Assembly (NCBI GenBank): GCA_947166295.1
Contig: CAMVDR010000002.1
Coordinates: forward strand, 31,889-95,888
Length of the DNA: 64,000 nt
Direction: 5' to 3'
Origin: an uncultured Candidatus Saccharibacteria bacterium
Lineage (GTDB): Bacteria; Patescibacteriota; Saccharimonadia; Saccharimonadales; Saccharimonadaceae
Position numbers and translations under genes: made by a program. This document shows, one piece after another, positions 1 through 9,459 of this stretch; the first letter of the stretch is position 1; each line of letters begins with the position of its first letter. The notes below the pieces were generated by a model. The model saw only the letters and a program-made list of their open reading frames with translations. It was not told the origin of the DNA and did no database searches.

Positions 1-1260
1 TAACCTAGAATTACTCTCGGCAATACGGATTAATTCATTATATTTTGCAATACGTTCGCTACGGGAAAGGGAGCCAGTTTTAATTTGTCCGGTACCAAGC
101 CCCACGGCGAGATGTACGATAGACACATCCTCGGTTTCACCGGAGCGATGCGACATAATAGTGTTGTAGCCAGATTTTTTCGCCAAAAGCACCGCATCGA
201 TAGTTTCGGAAAGCGAGCCGATTTGATTTGGCTTGATTAATATCGCATTGGCGGCCTTTTCCGTAATACCGCGCTCTAATAATTTTACATTAGTAACGAA
301 TAAATCGTCGCCCACTAATTGCACACGGTTACCGAGGCGTTCGGTCATAATCTTCCAGTTTGCCCAATCGTTTTCCGCGAGACCATCTTCTATAGACACT
401 ACTGGATAGTTATCAATAATCCAGGTATACCAGTTAATTAGGTCGTCGGCGGATTTCCAATCGCCGTTAGTTTTTAGGACGTAGTGGTCTTTATCGTAAA
501 ATTCGCTAGAAGCGATATCCATGGCAATAGCGATATCTTTGCCGAATTCATATCTAGTTTTATCTACGGCATATTTGATGCATTCTAGAGGTTCGTTGTT
601 GCCATCACGCACTTTTGGCGCATAGCCACCCTCATCACCCACGGTGGTAGGATAATTACGCTCTTCCAAAACTTTTTTCAGGGCGTGAAAAACTTCGGCA
701 CCCATCTGTACGGCCTCAGCAATATTACCTGCGCCTTTAGGCACTATCATGTATTCCTGAAAATCTGTGGCCCAAGAGGCATGCTCGCCACCGTTCATCA
801 CGTTCATCATTGGCATGGGGATAGACATCTTACTAGTAGTGCCGGCTAGCTCGGCAATGTATTTGTAAAATGGCATTTTGCGAGCGCGAGCGTTAGCCTT
901 GGCATTGGCCAGGGAAACAGCCAAAATAGCATTGGCGCCGAGATTGCTTTTATTTTCCGTACCATCTAGTTCTAGCATTAGCTGATCTACCGCACGCGGG
1001 TCGGCAGAATTGCCTACTAATACATCTTTAATTTTGGAGTTTACATTCCAGACAGCTTTAAACACACTCTTGCCACCGTAAAGCGATTTATCGCCATCGC
1101 GAAGTTCTAGGGCTTCTAGTGTACCGGTGGACGCACCGGATGGCACAATGGCCCGGCCAAAAGCGCCGTTTTCCAAAAATACTTCGGCTTCTACCGTGGG
1201 GTTACCCCGCGAATCCAAAACTTGTCTTGCTTTAATATCACTGATTGTAAAATTATCCAT
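1..1260 (-). CDS. eno: Enolase (3' end runs off the window)
   Basis: Minus-strand reading from ATG at 1260 gives MDNFTISDIKARQVLDSRGNPTVEAEV...VPSGASTG...GDEGG...SHRSGETED, all enolase hallmarks. Missing from the ORF track because it is incomplete. Confidence 0.97.
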   Translation of the reverse strand, partial: MDNFTISDIKARQVLDSRGNPTVEAEVFLENGAFGRAIVPSGASTGTLEALELRDGDKSLYGGKSVFKAVWNVNSKIKDVLVGNSADPRAVDQLMLELDGTENKSNLGANAILAVSLANAKANARARKMPFYKYIAELAGTTSKMSIPMPMMNVMNGGEHASWATDFQEYMIVPKGAGNIAEAVQMGAEVFHALKKVLEERNYPTTVGDEGGYAPKVRDGNNEPLECIKYAVDKTRYEFGKDIAIAMDIASSEFYDKDHYVLKTNGDWKSADDLINWYTWIIDNYPVVSIEDGLAENDWANWKIMTERLGNRVQLVGDDLFVTNVKLLERGITEKAANAILIKPNQIGSLSETIDAVLLAKKSGYNTIMSHRSGETEDVSIVHLAVGLGTGQIKTGSLSRSERIAKYNELIRIAESNSRL

Positions 1261-1309
1261 AAGAATTATTATAACATTTTTAATATTATATTTTTTAAAT
1301 CTATAAGAT

Positions 1310-3025
1310 TTATTGAGAAACGCATCGAATGACTCCTCTGGAGTACCTAAAATAATTTAACGTGCCAGGTCTAGATTCGTAACTATCTATTTCTAAGTAA
1401 TAATTACCACCATAATTGGATGTCGTAGCTGATCTATATGCCTGATTCCCAAAGGTTGACAATAGAAAATTATTAGGATATCGACGCCAATCTTCAGAGT
1501 CATATAGTGAGCCCTGTTGCACACCTAAATGATAGAAGCCACCCTTAGTGTTGCCTCCATAGGTGCCATCACTGTCGCCCCCATATGGCAAATGCCAGCC
1601 TTTTGGACAAATGGAACTGGAATTAGAGACATAGTTTGGCCCATATGACCTTAAATTGGCAATCGAAGCTGCCCATGTATAGTAATTACCATAAGAATAG
1701 ACTTGTTGACCGATATTGGTCATATTGGCTATTGGACTCATAGTGTTTTTATTGTCGAATCTCGGCATAGTATAGGCGTTACCGGTATTATATAGGCTAT
1801 TAGGCTCGGTAGAATTAAAGTGGCTAGTTGATTCTGGCTCAGCTAAGCCAATAAAACCATCACCAAATCCTTGCGATAAAGAGGCTGTAACGTTCGGTCC
1901 ATTATTGAGCCTTAAATTTTCTATCATCCAGCAATTTCCATCCGCCAGTTTTGCCACTGCGTATGTTTGTTTATCGCGTAGATCAGTCAACGCCGTTACA
2001 TTGCCTATCGGAAAGATTTCATCATTGGGGCATACCCAGTCCTGAATTATGTCAGTACTCTCTACCCATATAGCATACAAAGATAATCCGTTAGTAGAAA
2101 GATTGTTAAGATCAATAGTTTCATTTGGCCCATAGATATGTGCCCTATTATTAGTCTTGCTTCCTTCGTTCGCTTCATAATCATAGGCATCAGACCACCC
2201 CACGAATCCATATCCTGGTCTTTTAAAGTTACTCGCCCACAACACGGCAGAATCATCACTTGTTGCTATCGGCTGGTCTCCCATTGTGTCTGCAACTGTA
2301 TTACCGGCATTAGGAAAATAGCAGATTTTGTTGGCTGGACAATCGTAAGGTTGATTTGGAATATTAGCTCCCGGATGCACCATAGTATACTTCACTGCAC
2401 CAGCATAAGTCCCTGCTGGTTGGGTAGAAGAAGCAGTGGCTTGGTAATGGGTTGTGATACTGGAACCAGTAGTACTATCTGAATCGTTAGCAGTAACATT
2501 ATTATATGAAGCTACTTTGGTATAGGTAGATGGGATATTGTTATAGCTACTATAGTTATTTTCTATAGCAGGAGTGAAGTTATTCTCTACTGGTACTAGT
2601 TTCATTTTCCAACTACTACCGTTGTTACTATTACCGCTTCCTGTAGTATCACCATTGGTTTTAATGTTGTTAGTGCTAGTAGGCTCATTATTGTAAATTA
2701 AATCTGTATTGCCATATTCATTATTGCTGTATCCTATAGCATATACTGCATAACCACCTGGATCATTGCAGAAAGTAGTAAAGGTACTACCAACTATTTC
2801 TATACTACTATTATTAGCTAGTATTCCATTATACTCACCAGAACCATTAGTTCTACCAAAACTACAGGCAGAAGAGACAGTGACTGAAGCGTTGGCAGAA
2901 GCAGAACCTTCTACAGCAGATACACTACCAAAAGATTGTGTAATAGATACTAATGTAGCTATAAAACAAAATAAACTAAATACTGTTCTACATACATATT
3001 GATATCGTTTTATCTTGTCCCGCAT
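1310..3025 (-). CDS. Surface protein with N-terminal signal/TM, WxL/fimbrial-like beta domain and FISUMP-like (C-type-lectin-like) C-terminal domain; paralogue 1
   Basis: Hydrophobic N-terminus; T.CND..GY and TQPAGTY.G.VKY motifs; KLADGNCWMIENL, YGNYYTW, SICPKGWHLP and terminal IRCV motifs shared with four other genes here. Confidence 0.75.
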   Translation of the reverse strand: MRDKIKRYQYVCRTVFSLFCFIATLVSITQSFGSVSAVEGSASANASVTVSSACSFGRTNGSGEYNGILANNSSIEIVGSTFTTFCNDPGGYAVYAIGYSNNEYGNTDLIYNNEPTSTNNIKTNGDTTGSGNSNNGSSWKMKLVPVENNFTPAIENNYSSYNNIPSTYTKVASYNNVTANDSDSTTGSSITTHYQATASSTQPAGTYAGAVKYTMVHPGANIPNQPYDCPANKICYFPNAGNTVADTMGDQPIATSDDSAVLWASNFKRPGYGFVGWSDAYDYEANEGSKTNNRAHIYGPNETIDLNNLSTNGLSLYAIWVESTDIIQDWVCPNDEIFPIGNVTALTDLRDKQTYAVAKLADGNCWMIENLRLNNGPNVTASLSQGFGDGFIGLAEPESTSHFNSTEPNSLYNTGNAYTMPRFDNKNTMSPIANMTNIGQQVYSYGNYYTWAASIANLRSYGPNYVSNSSSICPKGWHLPYGGDSDGTYGGNTKGGFYHLGVQQGSLYDSEDWRRYPNNFLLSTFGNQAYRSATTSNYGGNYYLEIDSYESRPGTLNYFRYSRGVIRCVSQ

Positions 3026-3054
3026 TAGATTACCTCGCTTATATTAGCTTTTCT

Positions 3055-3248
3055 CTTGCGGTGCCATTTTACCTAAATGGAATATGCATAAAAATGGCAC
3101 CGCAAGGGTGCTAAAACTCGATAATTTGTGCCAGCGAACTGTCCCAAACTTACGGTTATCCTTACGGTGCCGTTAATATTTAGAACAGCTGCTGCAATAA
3201 AATTGGCTGGCATATTTTAAATTATTGAGTTTTAGCAATTTAATTATA
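3055..3248 (-). promoter_or_regulatory. Conserved structured 5' leader, copy A, with extended -10 (TGnTATAAT)
   Basis: Stem 3206-3237 pairs with 3109-3135; loop motif 3160-3174; tail 3090-3108; second complement 3055-3070. Confidence 0.75.
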
Positions 3249-3333
3249 TCACGTTTTTATGAATATCAAGTCGCCAAAATATATTTCTTATGTTAAAATA
3301 GGCATAAGAGTAATAATTTTGAAGGAGTTTTTA

Positions 3334-4812
3334 ATGAACGAAAACCCAGGGGAAACGCCGAATCCTCTTAATCCAACTCCGGCAGCAGGACCGGCGCCAA
3401 ATCCGATGCTAAGCGCCGCACCTAGCCCCGCACCGAATCCGGCTCCTAGTCCGGTGGCGCCAACGCCAATAGCGAATTCTACACCAGGCACTGCACCTAC
3501 GCAAACACCAGCGCAGCCAACCGCTCCGGTGACTAACACTATTAAAGTAGATTCTCTGGCTCCAGAAGACAGGCCGATGGAAAAGGCCGCCCCAGCGGAA
3601 GCCGCGCCAGTCAAGAAAAAGAAAACCGGATTGATTGCCGGAATTATCGCAGCAGTAGTAGTGTTAATACTTGGTGGAGTAGCGGCAGCAATCGCGATTA
3701 TAATGATGAATCAAACAGATCCGGTAACTGCAGCTATGAAAAAAATCATGGACGGCAAAGCTCCAACCAACGTAGCAATTGATGGCGACATTAATATTAC
3801 ACTGAATAATGAGTTTTCGCCAGTTTCGAATATAAAGATTGCATTGAATTCTAAAATAATTTCTAGCTCGGCGATAAATAATTCTGTAGCCAATGTAACG
3901 GCCACTATTCGCAATGTGGGTGACTTTAATATAGAATTTGACGAAGTATATGCAGGAAACGGTGATCTTTATTTCAAAATCGATGGCGCCACCAGCGCGT
4001 TGGAAGATTCTGGGATTTTGTATCTTTTGAATTTATCTAATCAAATGCCAGGACAAATAGATTGTGGTGAGGATGCAGTGTGTCAGACGACAGAAATACA
4101 AGCTCTCACTTGTGCGGATGGAGAAAATTGCAATTTAACAGAAATTGATGACACCAAATTAAACGTACTAGACGGCGGACAAAATGTGCTGGATGCCAAT
4201 ACTATAGCTTATTTTGCTTCACTAGCCGGAGTAATAAAGGTGGTAGATGGCGAGTGGCTAAAGGTATCAGTAGATGAGCTGAATATGCTTTCGGGCGGGA
4301 TCACAGCCAATAGCAATATTAGCTGTATAACGAATCTGGTGAGTGATATTAATACCAATAGTAACAGTGCGATTGAACTATATAGCAAATATCCGTTCAT
4401 TTCTTCTACAAATAAAGACGTAAGTCTTGCCAGTAAAAACCATCCAGTCTACCAAGTGAGCGTAAATAGCGAAAAGTTTGCAAACTTCGTGAACTCTATT
4501 CAAAACTCTGAAATGACAGCGAACCTATATTCTTGCTTGGGCTGGACGAACAACGTGAGCGTGAGTAAAGACGACGTAGCAAAAATGGTGGACGTCATGC
4601 CAAAGATTTATGCTGAGGTGGACGGCGACAATAATTTCACCCGCTTATATCTGACATCCAATCTAAATAACGGCGAGGGAACAATGACAATAGATCTTGG
4701 ATTTTCTTATCCGACCAATGTTAACGTACCAGAGCCAGAAGAATACAAAAATTTTTCTGACGTAATTCAGGAAATTATGTCTAGCATGTATAGTTTACCA
4801 GCTGGAGCCTAG
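3334..4812 (+). CDS. Hypothetical membrane-anchored protein with Pro/Ala-rich N-terminus, one TM helix and a large extracellular domain
   Basis: Long ORF; AAGGAG upstream of ATG 3334; KKKKTG followed by a hydrophobic helix. Confidence 0.7.
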   Translation: MNENPGETPNPLNPTPAAGPAPNPMLSAAPSPAPNPAPSPVAPTPIANSTPGTAPTQTPAQPTAPVTNTIKVDSLAPEDRPMEKAAPAEAAPVKKKKTGLIAGIIAAVVVLILGGVAAAIAIIMMNQTDPVTAAMKKIMDGKAPTNVAIDGDINITLNNEFSPVSNIKIALNSKIISSSAINNSVANVTATIRNVGDFNIEFDEVYAGNGDLYFKIDGATSALEDSGILYLLNLSNQMPGQIDCGEDAVCQTTEIQALTCADGENCNLTEIDDTKLNVLDGGQNVLDANTIAYFASLAGVIKVVDGEWLKVSVDELNMLSGGITANSNISCITNLVSDINTNSNSAIELYSKYPFISSTNKDVSLASKNHPVYQVSVNSEKFANFVNSIQNSEMTANLYSCLGWTNNVSVSKDDVAKMVDVMPKIYAEVDGDNNFTRLYLTSNLNNGEGTMTIDLGFSYPTNVNVPEPEEYKNFSDVIQEIMSSMYSLPAGA

Positions 4813-4830
4813 TGCGTTTGACGTAGACGA

Positions 4831-4859
4831 TTGACAAATATCCATAAGTGTGATATAAT
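4831..4859 (+). promoter_or_regulatory. Sigma70 promoter of uvrC (leaderless)
   Basis: TTGACA-17 nt-TATAAT with extended TG; ATG 6 nt after the -10. Confidence 0.8.
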
Positions 4860-4865
4860 TAAAGT

Positions 4866-6122
4866 ATGAACGAGGCTTTAAAACAAAAACTAAATAAACT
4901 CCCGGTGGACCCGGGGGTTTATTTTCACAAAAATGCCGCTGGGGAGATAATCTATGTGGGCAAGGCAGCCGTGCTCAAAAATCGTGTGCGGCAATATTTC
5001 CAGAAATCCAAAAAAGACGTAAAAACTGCGGCGCTTGTAGCGGAGATTAATGATACAGACTGGATTACGGTAGACACCGAAATGGATGCATTATTTCTAG
5101 AATCCGAAATGATAAAACGCTATATGCCAAAATGGAATATATTACTGCGCGACGACAAAACTGTAAGCTACGTACGGATTAGTATGAACGAAGAGGTGCC
5201 GTATATATCTTTTACGCGAAACCCAGTAGATGATAAGGCTACTTATATTGGGCCGTTTTATGGGAAGTCTGCCGTAGAAAAAGCGGTACGGATATTGCGC
5301 CGAGTGTTCCCGTATTACGTAAAGCCTTATACAGGCAAGAAAACTCTGGATACAGATTTGGGGCTGACACCGGGCATAGAGATTGGCAAAACCACACCCA
5401 AAGATTATAAGCGAAACCTACGAAAATTAATGCGCTATTTAGAGGGTGACCGAGAAAAGCTCTTAAAAGAATTAGAAAAGACTATGCACGAAGAAGCTGC
5501 GGCGGGGAATTATGAATTGGCCGCCGAAGCGCGCGATCAATTAATGGGGTTAAAAGAGTTGAAGAAAAAAATTGTGTTTTCTGATAAGGAATTTTTGGAT
5601 ATTTCGTCTGATCAAGCTTTGAAACAACTCCAGGAGTTATTGGGATTACCAGAACCGCCACGACGAATAGAAGGTTATGATATTTCGCACCAATCTGGTA
5701 CGGATACCGTAGGCAGTATGGTGGTGTTTATCAATGGCGCCTCGGCGCGCAGTGAATATAGGAAGTTTAAAATCCGCACCAGTACCAATGACGACCTTAA
5801 AAGCATGAAGGAGGTTATCACGCGGCGACTCAAACATAAAGAGTGGGATTTTCCAGATCTTATAATTTTGGATGGTGGTGCCACACAAGTAAACGCGATT
5901 TTACCACTAGTGGAGCCATACAATATACCAGTGATTGGGCGTGATAAGTCTGGTGACCACTCTAAAAGCGCAGGAGTAAAAATTTTAGTACCCGGTAAAG
6001 ACCTGGTGCACCTGCCGTCCAGTTCCCATATTGCACGCTTAATTGCAAGAGTAGATGAAGAGAGCCACCGCTTTGCGATTACCTACCATTCTTTACTCAA
6101 ACGAAAAGGTATGCTAAAATAG
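4866..6122 (+). CDS. uvrC: Excinuclease ABC subunit C (short form, no C-terminal HhH)
   Basis: GIY-YIG region PGVYF..IIYVGKA..LKNRVRQYF, UVR coil, RIEGYDISH, PDLIILDGG, DEESHRFA. Confidence 0.93.
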   Translation: MNEALKQKLNKLPVDPGVYFHKNAAGEIIYVGKAAVLKNRVRQYFQKSKKDVKTAALVAEINDTDWITVDTEMDALFLESEMIKRYMPKWNILLRDDKTVSYVRISMNEEVPYISFTRNPVDDKATYIGPFYGKSAVEKAVRILRRVFPYYVKPYTGKKTLDTDLGLTPGIEIGKTTPKDYKRNLRKLMRYLEGDREKLLKELEKTMHEEAAAGNYELAAEARDQLMGLKELKKKIVFSDKEFLDISSDQALKQLQELLGLPEPPRRIEGYDISHQSGTDTVGSMVVFINGASARSEYRKFKIRTSTNDDLKSMKEVITRRLKHKEWDFPDLIILDGGATQVNAILPLVEPYNIPVIGRDKSGDHSKSAGVKILVPGKDLVHLPSSSHIARLIARVDEESHRFAITYHSLLKRKGMLK

Positions 6123-6138
6123 CCGTAGGAGTTATTTT

Positions 6139-6366
6139 ATGCAAATAGGAAGTTTTCTAGAAGTTGTTACCTTCGTTTCGGCAATTCTAACAATTCTTTT
6201 GATTTTATTACAGCAACGCGGTGCATCACTTGGCGCAGGGTTTGGCAGTTCTGGCGAGCTATACACTACGCGTCGTGGATTAGAAAAATCTTTGTTTATC
6301 GCGACAATTGTATTTGCGGTAATATTCGTATTATCTATTTTGGGACTATTATTAATTCCGGCATAA
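6139..6366 (+). CDS. secG: Preprotein translocase subunit SecG
   Basis: Two TM helices with ILLQQRGASLGAGFG and RRGLEK. Confidence 0.9.
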   Translation: MQIGSFLEVVTFVSAILTILLILLQQRGASLGAGFGSSGELYTTRRGLEKSLFIATIVFAVIFVLSILGLLLIPA

Positions 6367-6367
6367 T

Positions 6368-8104
6368 ATGGCAGATTCTATCAAAAAGCGTGGGCAAAAA
6401 TTTATACGGAAGTTTTCACGTGTGTCTTTGAAGGCCAGCAGTGAAGGCAAGGAACACATCAAAGAGAATTTGATTGGGCGGATTTCGCATATTGAAAATA
6501 TCCGGCTACTAGTGCTAGAGTGGAGCTTACTAGTGGCGGCTTTAATCATGTTAGCAGTAACGCAATCTATCTGGTTCGGAGATACTTATTCTGAAGATGT
6601 CTTTAGTAGCGGTGGTGCTTATACTGAAGCCACTCTTGGCGACGTAAGCTCGCTAAATCCACTTTTTGCTACCACTAATAGCGAAAAAACGCTGAGCCGC
6701 TTAATGTTTGCTACGCTTGCTACGATAGATTATTCTGGACATCCGGGGATAGGCCTGGCAGCTTCTATTTTACCAAGCGAAGGTGGCAGAGTTTGGACAG
6801 TAAAATTACGAGATAACTTGAAATGGTCTGACGGTGTGCCACTTACCAACGAAGATGTATTATTTACGGTAGATTTAATTAAAAGCCCTTCGGTGAATTC
6901 TATATATGATTCAAATTTAGCAAATGTTAAAGTGACGGAAAACGAAAACGGAGAGATAGTATTTACTTTGCCTTCCGTATACGCAGATTTTATTTCGGCA
7001 CTCAATATCCCAATTGTGCCAAAACATGAATTAGATGACGCCGATCAAAAAACCTTAATAGAAGATACTTTTTCTAATACGCCGGTGACTTCTGGGGCAT
7101 TCAGTTTTAATGCTTTACAGTCTGCGGCAGGCGGGAACGAGAAAGTCTATTATCTTTCAGCTAATCCAAATTATTATAAAGGGCGCGCTCTGTTAGATAG
7201 TTTTGCTGTGCACACCTATAAAGATAAGGATTCGGTAGTAAGCGCTCTAAATTCTGGAGCAGTGACGGCCACGGCGGAATTATCTGGCCCCGACGCCGAT
7301 AAGGTAGTAGCAGGGCAATTCATTAAGAAAAATTCTAGTTTAAATTCTGGAGCATATATTTTCTTCAATACTGCTAGTGAGATAGTGAAGAATAAAGATT
7401 TGCGTACGGCGATTCGTCAGGGAATTAATTTGGAAGAAATCCGCGCAGCAGCTCCGGATACCACCGCACTCAATTATCCTTTGCTTGATTCACAAATTGA
7501 TTTATCTGGATACCCAGAAATCCCAGAGCAAAACCTTGAAGCAGCTAAGGATACAATTGCTAGTAATTTAGGAGATGGTGCTATGGGGCTAGAAATAGCC
7601 ACTATCAACGCTGGTTATTTGCCTGCCGTTGCAGACAAGTTGGCAGAACAGCTCCGCGATTTAGGGTTTGAAGTGAATGTGTCTAAATATGAAGAAAACC
7701 AAGAGTTTATCAGTAATATAATATCAAAAAGAAGCTATAGTATATTGGTTTATGATATAGAACTCGGGGCGGATCCGGATTTATTGCCATACTATCACTC
7801 TTCGCAAACTACGGCATCAGGGTTAAATTTATCTAATTATCGCAATGCACTGGTAGATGATTTACTGCTAGGCGCACGGGATACCCTGGATGAAGTTTTG
7901 CGAGCCAAAAAATATGAAGCGTTTTTGCAATACTGGGTAAATGATGTACCGGCGATAGGGCTATTTCAGCCTAATTTAACTTATATTTACAACCGAAACG
8001 TGCGGACATTTAGCGATAATGTTCGTCTGGTGACGGAGCTAGATCGGTTCACCGATATTACTGATTGGGCAGCAGTAAAAGAAACCAAGAATAAAACCCC
8101 GTAA
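6368..8104 (+). CDS. Peptide ABC transporter substrate-binding protein (family 5)
   Basis: SLNPLFA, WTVKLRDNLKWSDGVPLTNEDVLFT, NLSNY, DVPAIGL motifs. Confidence 0.85.
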   Translation: MADSIKKRGQKFIRKFSRVSLKASSEGKEHIKENLIGRISHIENIRLLVLEWSLLVAALIMLAVTQSIWFGDTYSEDVFSSGGAYTEATLGDVSSLNPLFATTNSEKTLSRLMFATLATIDYSGHPGIGLAASILPSEGGRVWTVKLRDNLKWSDGVPLTNEDVLFTVDLIKSPSVNSIYDSNLANVKVTENENGEIVFTLPSVYADFISALNIPIVPKHELDDADQKTLIEDTFSNTPVTSGAFSFNALQSAAGGNEKVYYLSANPNYYKGRALLDSFAVHTYKDKDSVVSALNSGAVTATAELSGPDADKVVAGQFIKKNSSLNSGAYIFFNTASEIVKNKDLRTAIRQGINLEEIRAAAPDTTALNYPLLDSQIDLSGYPEIPEQNLEAAKDTIASNLGDGAMGLEIATINAGYLPAVADKLAEQLRDLGFEVNVSKYEENQEFISNIISKRSYSILVYDIELGADPDLLPYYHSSQTTASGLNLSNYRNALVDDLLLGARDTLDEVLRAKKYEAFLQYWVNDVPAIGLFQPNLTYIYNRNVRTFSDNVRLVTELDRFTDITDWAAVKETKNKTP

Positions 8105-8213
8105 TTGGTTAACATTATAAAATAAGCTTGACTTTTATACTAATCTGTGATATAATTAGAGTACGAGGTCGTACTTCAGGGCCTTGAATTTTTACAATTA
8201 GGAGTTGATTACC

Positions 8214-8999
8214 ATGTTAACTAGAACTGAAGACGGATTCACGGTGGAAAAGAAGGAGATATGCGACGCCATATACGGCGACGACAGCGCTTTCATCGTC
8301 GAGATGTTGGAGGAGTGCGGTTTTGTAAAAGAAGGCACCCCCTCCCATTTCACTGATGACAGCTATATGTTCGCATACGTCGTTTTGACCGCTGCTGCTG
8401 CGGCCGAAGCCGAAGACGCTCTGACCGAGGAAATGGCAGGTTTAATCATCGGCTATCTGTCCGGAGTGACCACCGCTACCTTGCTGGAATTCGTATATCA
8501 CAGCACTTACTACGACATCGCCGAGGACTTCGGCCCTCTTCCCAAGAAGTTGAGGAAGGCTATCTGCAAAAATCGGTTCAGCAACGAGACTGCAGGCGCA
8601 ATCAAGGACCTCTCCAAAGAAGAGTTCATCGTTCTGCTGTGTTACTTAACCAGCGGCGAAGTTAAGCGCCTGGACTACGAATTCGCTACGCCCATACTCG
8701 AGAGCGTTTATCGTCATAAGCTGATATCGCCCTGCCTGTTCTTTGCCTACATGGCGGCAAGCCTGAAGGAGCCCGATCGCGAAACGCCGAGCGCTATCAG
8801 GTGCGTGATCTGTGTACTGCCCGGCAACGAAGATGATGACGACGATGAGAAATCCGACAAAAGCGAATCCGAGGACGATTCTGAGGATGGTCATGCCGAC
8901 GAGTCTGGTTGTTGCGGTGGCGGCTGCGGCGGCTGTTGTGGCGGATGTCACGGGGGATGTGGCGGCTGCGGACACTGCGGCACGAGCGATAACAAGTGA
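8214..8999 (+). CDS. Hypothetical protein with acidic and Cys/Gly/His-rich C-terminal tail
   Basis: ORF with its own promoter (TTGACT-17-TATAAT near 8128-8156), SD, and a hairpin near 9022-9040; tail GCCGGGCGGCCGGCHGGCGGCGHCG. Confidence 0.7.
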   Translation: MLTRTEDGFTVEKKEICDAIYGDDSAFIVEMLEECGFVKEGTPSHFTDDSYMFAYVVLTAAAAAEAEDALTEEMAGLIIGYLSGVTTATLLEFVYHSTYYDIAEDFGPLPKKLRKAICKNRFSNETAGAIKDLSKEEFIVLLCYLTSGEVKRLDYEFATPILESVYRHKLISPCLFFAYMAASLKEPDRETPSAIRCVICVLPGNEDDDDDEKSDKSESEDDSEDGHADESGCCGGGCGGCCGGCHGGCGGCGHCGTSDNK

Positions 9000-9085
9000 G
9001 TAATCACCCCTTCCCCATTTTGGCCCCTCTACGGAGGGGCTGATTTATTAGCAAATAAAAATAACATCATTTTTGGCGCTATTTA

Positions 9086-9281
9086 TCAATGGTGCGCGCG
9101 ACTGGACGACACTTGCCTACGGCAAGTTATCTTTGGGGCGTCGTCTCGGAAAAGAAAGTGGACTTTCTTTTCACTCAACTCCTACCAAAGGCGAACTTCG
9201 TTCTCGTCTAACCGCTCATACCTTCTGACAAAAAATAATGCCCTACAGGCATTTTTTTGTCAATGGTGCGCGCGACTGGAC
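9086..9281. repeat. 22-bp direct repeat of the tRNA-Leu 3' end flanking a ~150-bp palindromic segment
   Basis: TCAATGGTGCGCGCGACTGGAC at 9086-9107 and 9260-9281; several hairpins between. Confidence 0.8.
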
Positions 9282-9354
9282 TCGAACCAGCACAGCCGTA
9301 AATATAGCCACTACCACCTCAAGGTAGCGTGTCTACCAATTCCACCACGCGCGC
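9264..9354 (-). tRNA. tRNA-Leu (GAG)
   Basis: GCGCGCG acceptor stem, TGGTGGAATTGGTAGAC D-arm, anticodon arm CTACC-TTGAGGT-GGTAG, long variable arm, GGTTCGAGTCC, encoded CCA. Confidence 0.96.
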
Positions 9355-9459
9355 AACTATAAATGTACTCTTATATTATAACATATTTCTATTCGTTTTT
9401 ACTATTTTTCATCAAATCTGCAATGCTCGTGCTATAATCATATTAAACAAAGGAGGTAA

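Noticed and set aside
3055-3174. Leader inverted repeats as DNA inversion (invertible promoter) sites
   Set aside because: The promoter lies outside the repeats, most mismatches are G-U compatible on the sense strand, and no recombinase is nearby; RNA structure fits better, though inversion is not formally excluded.
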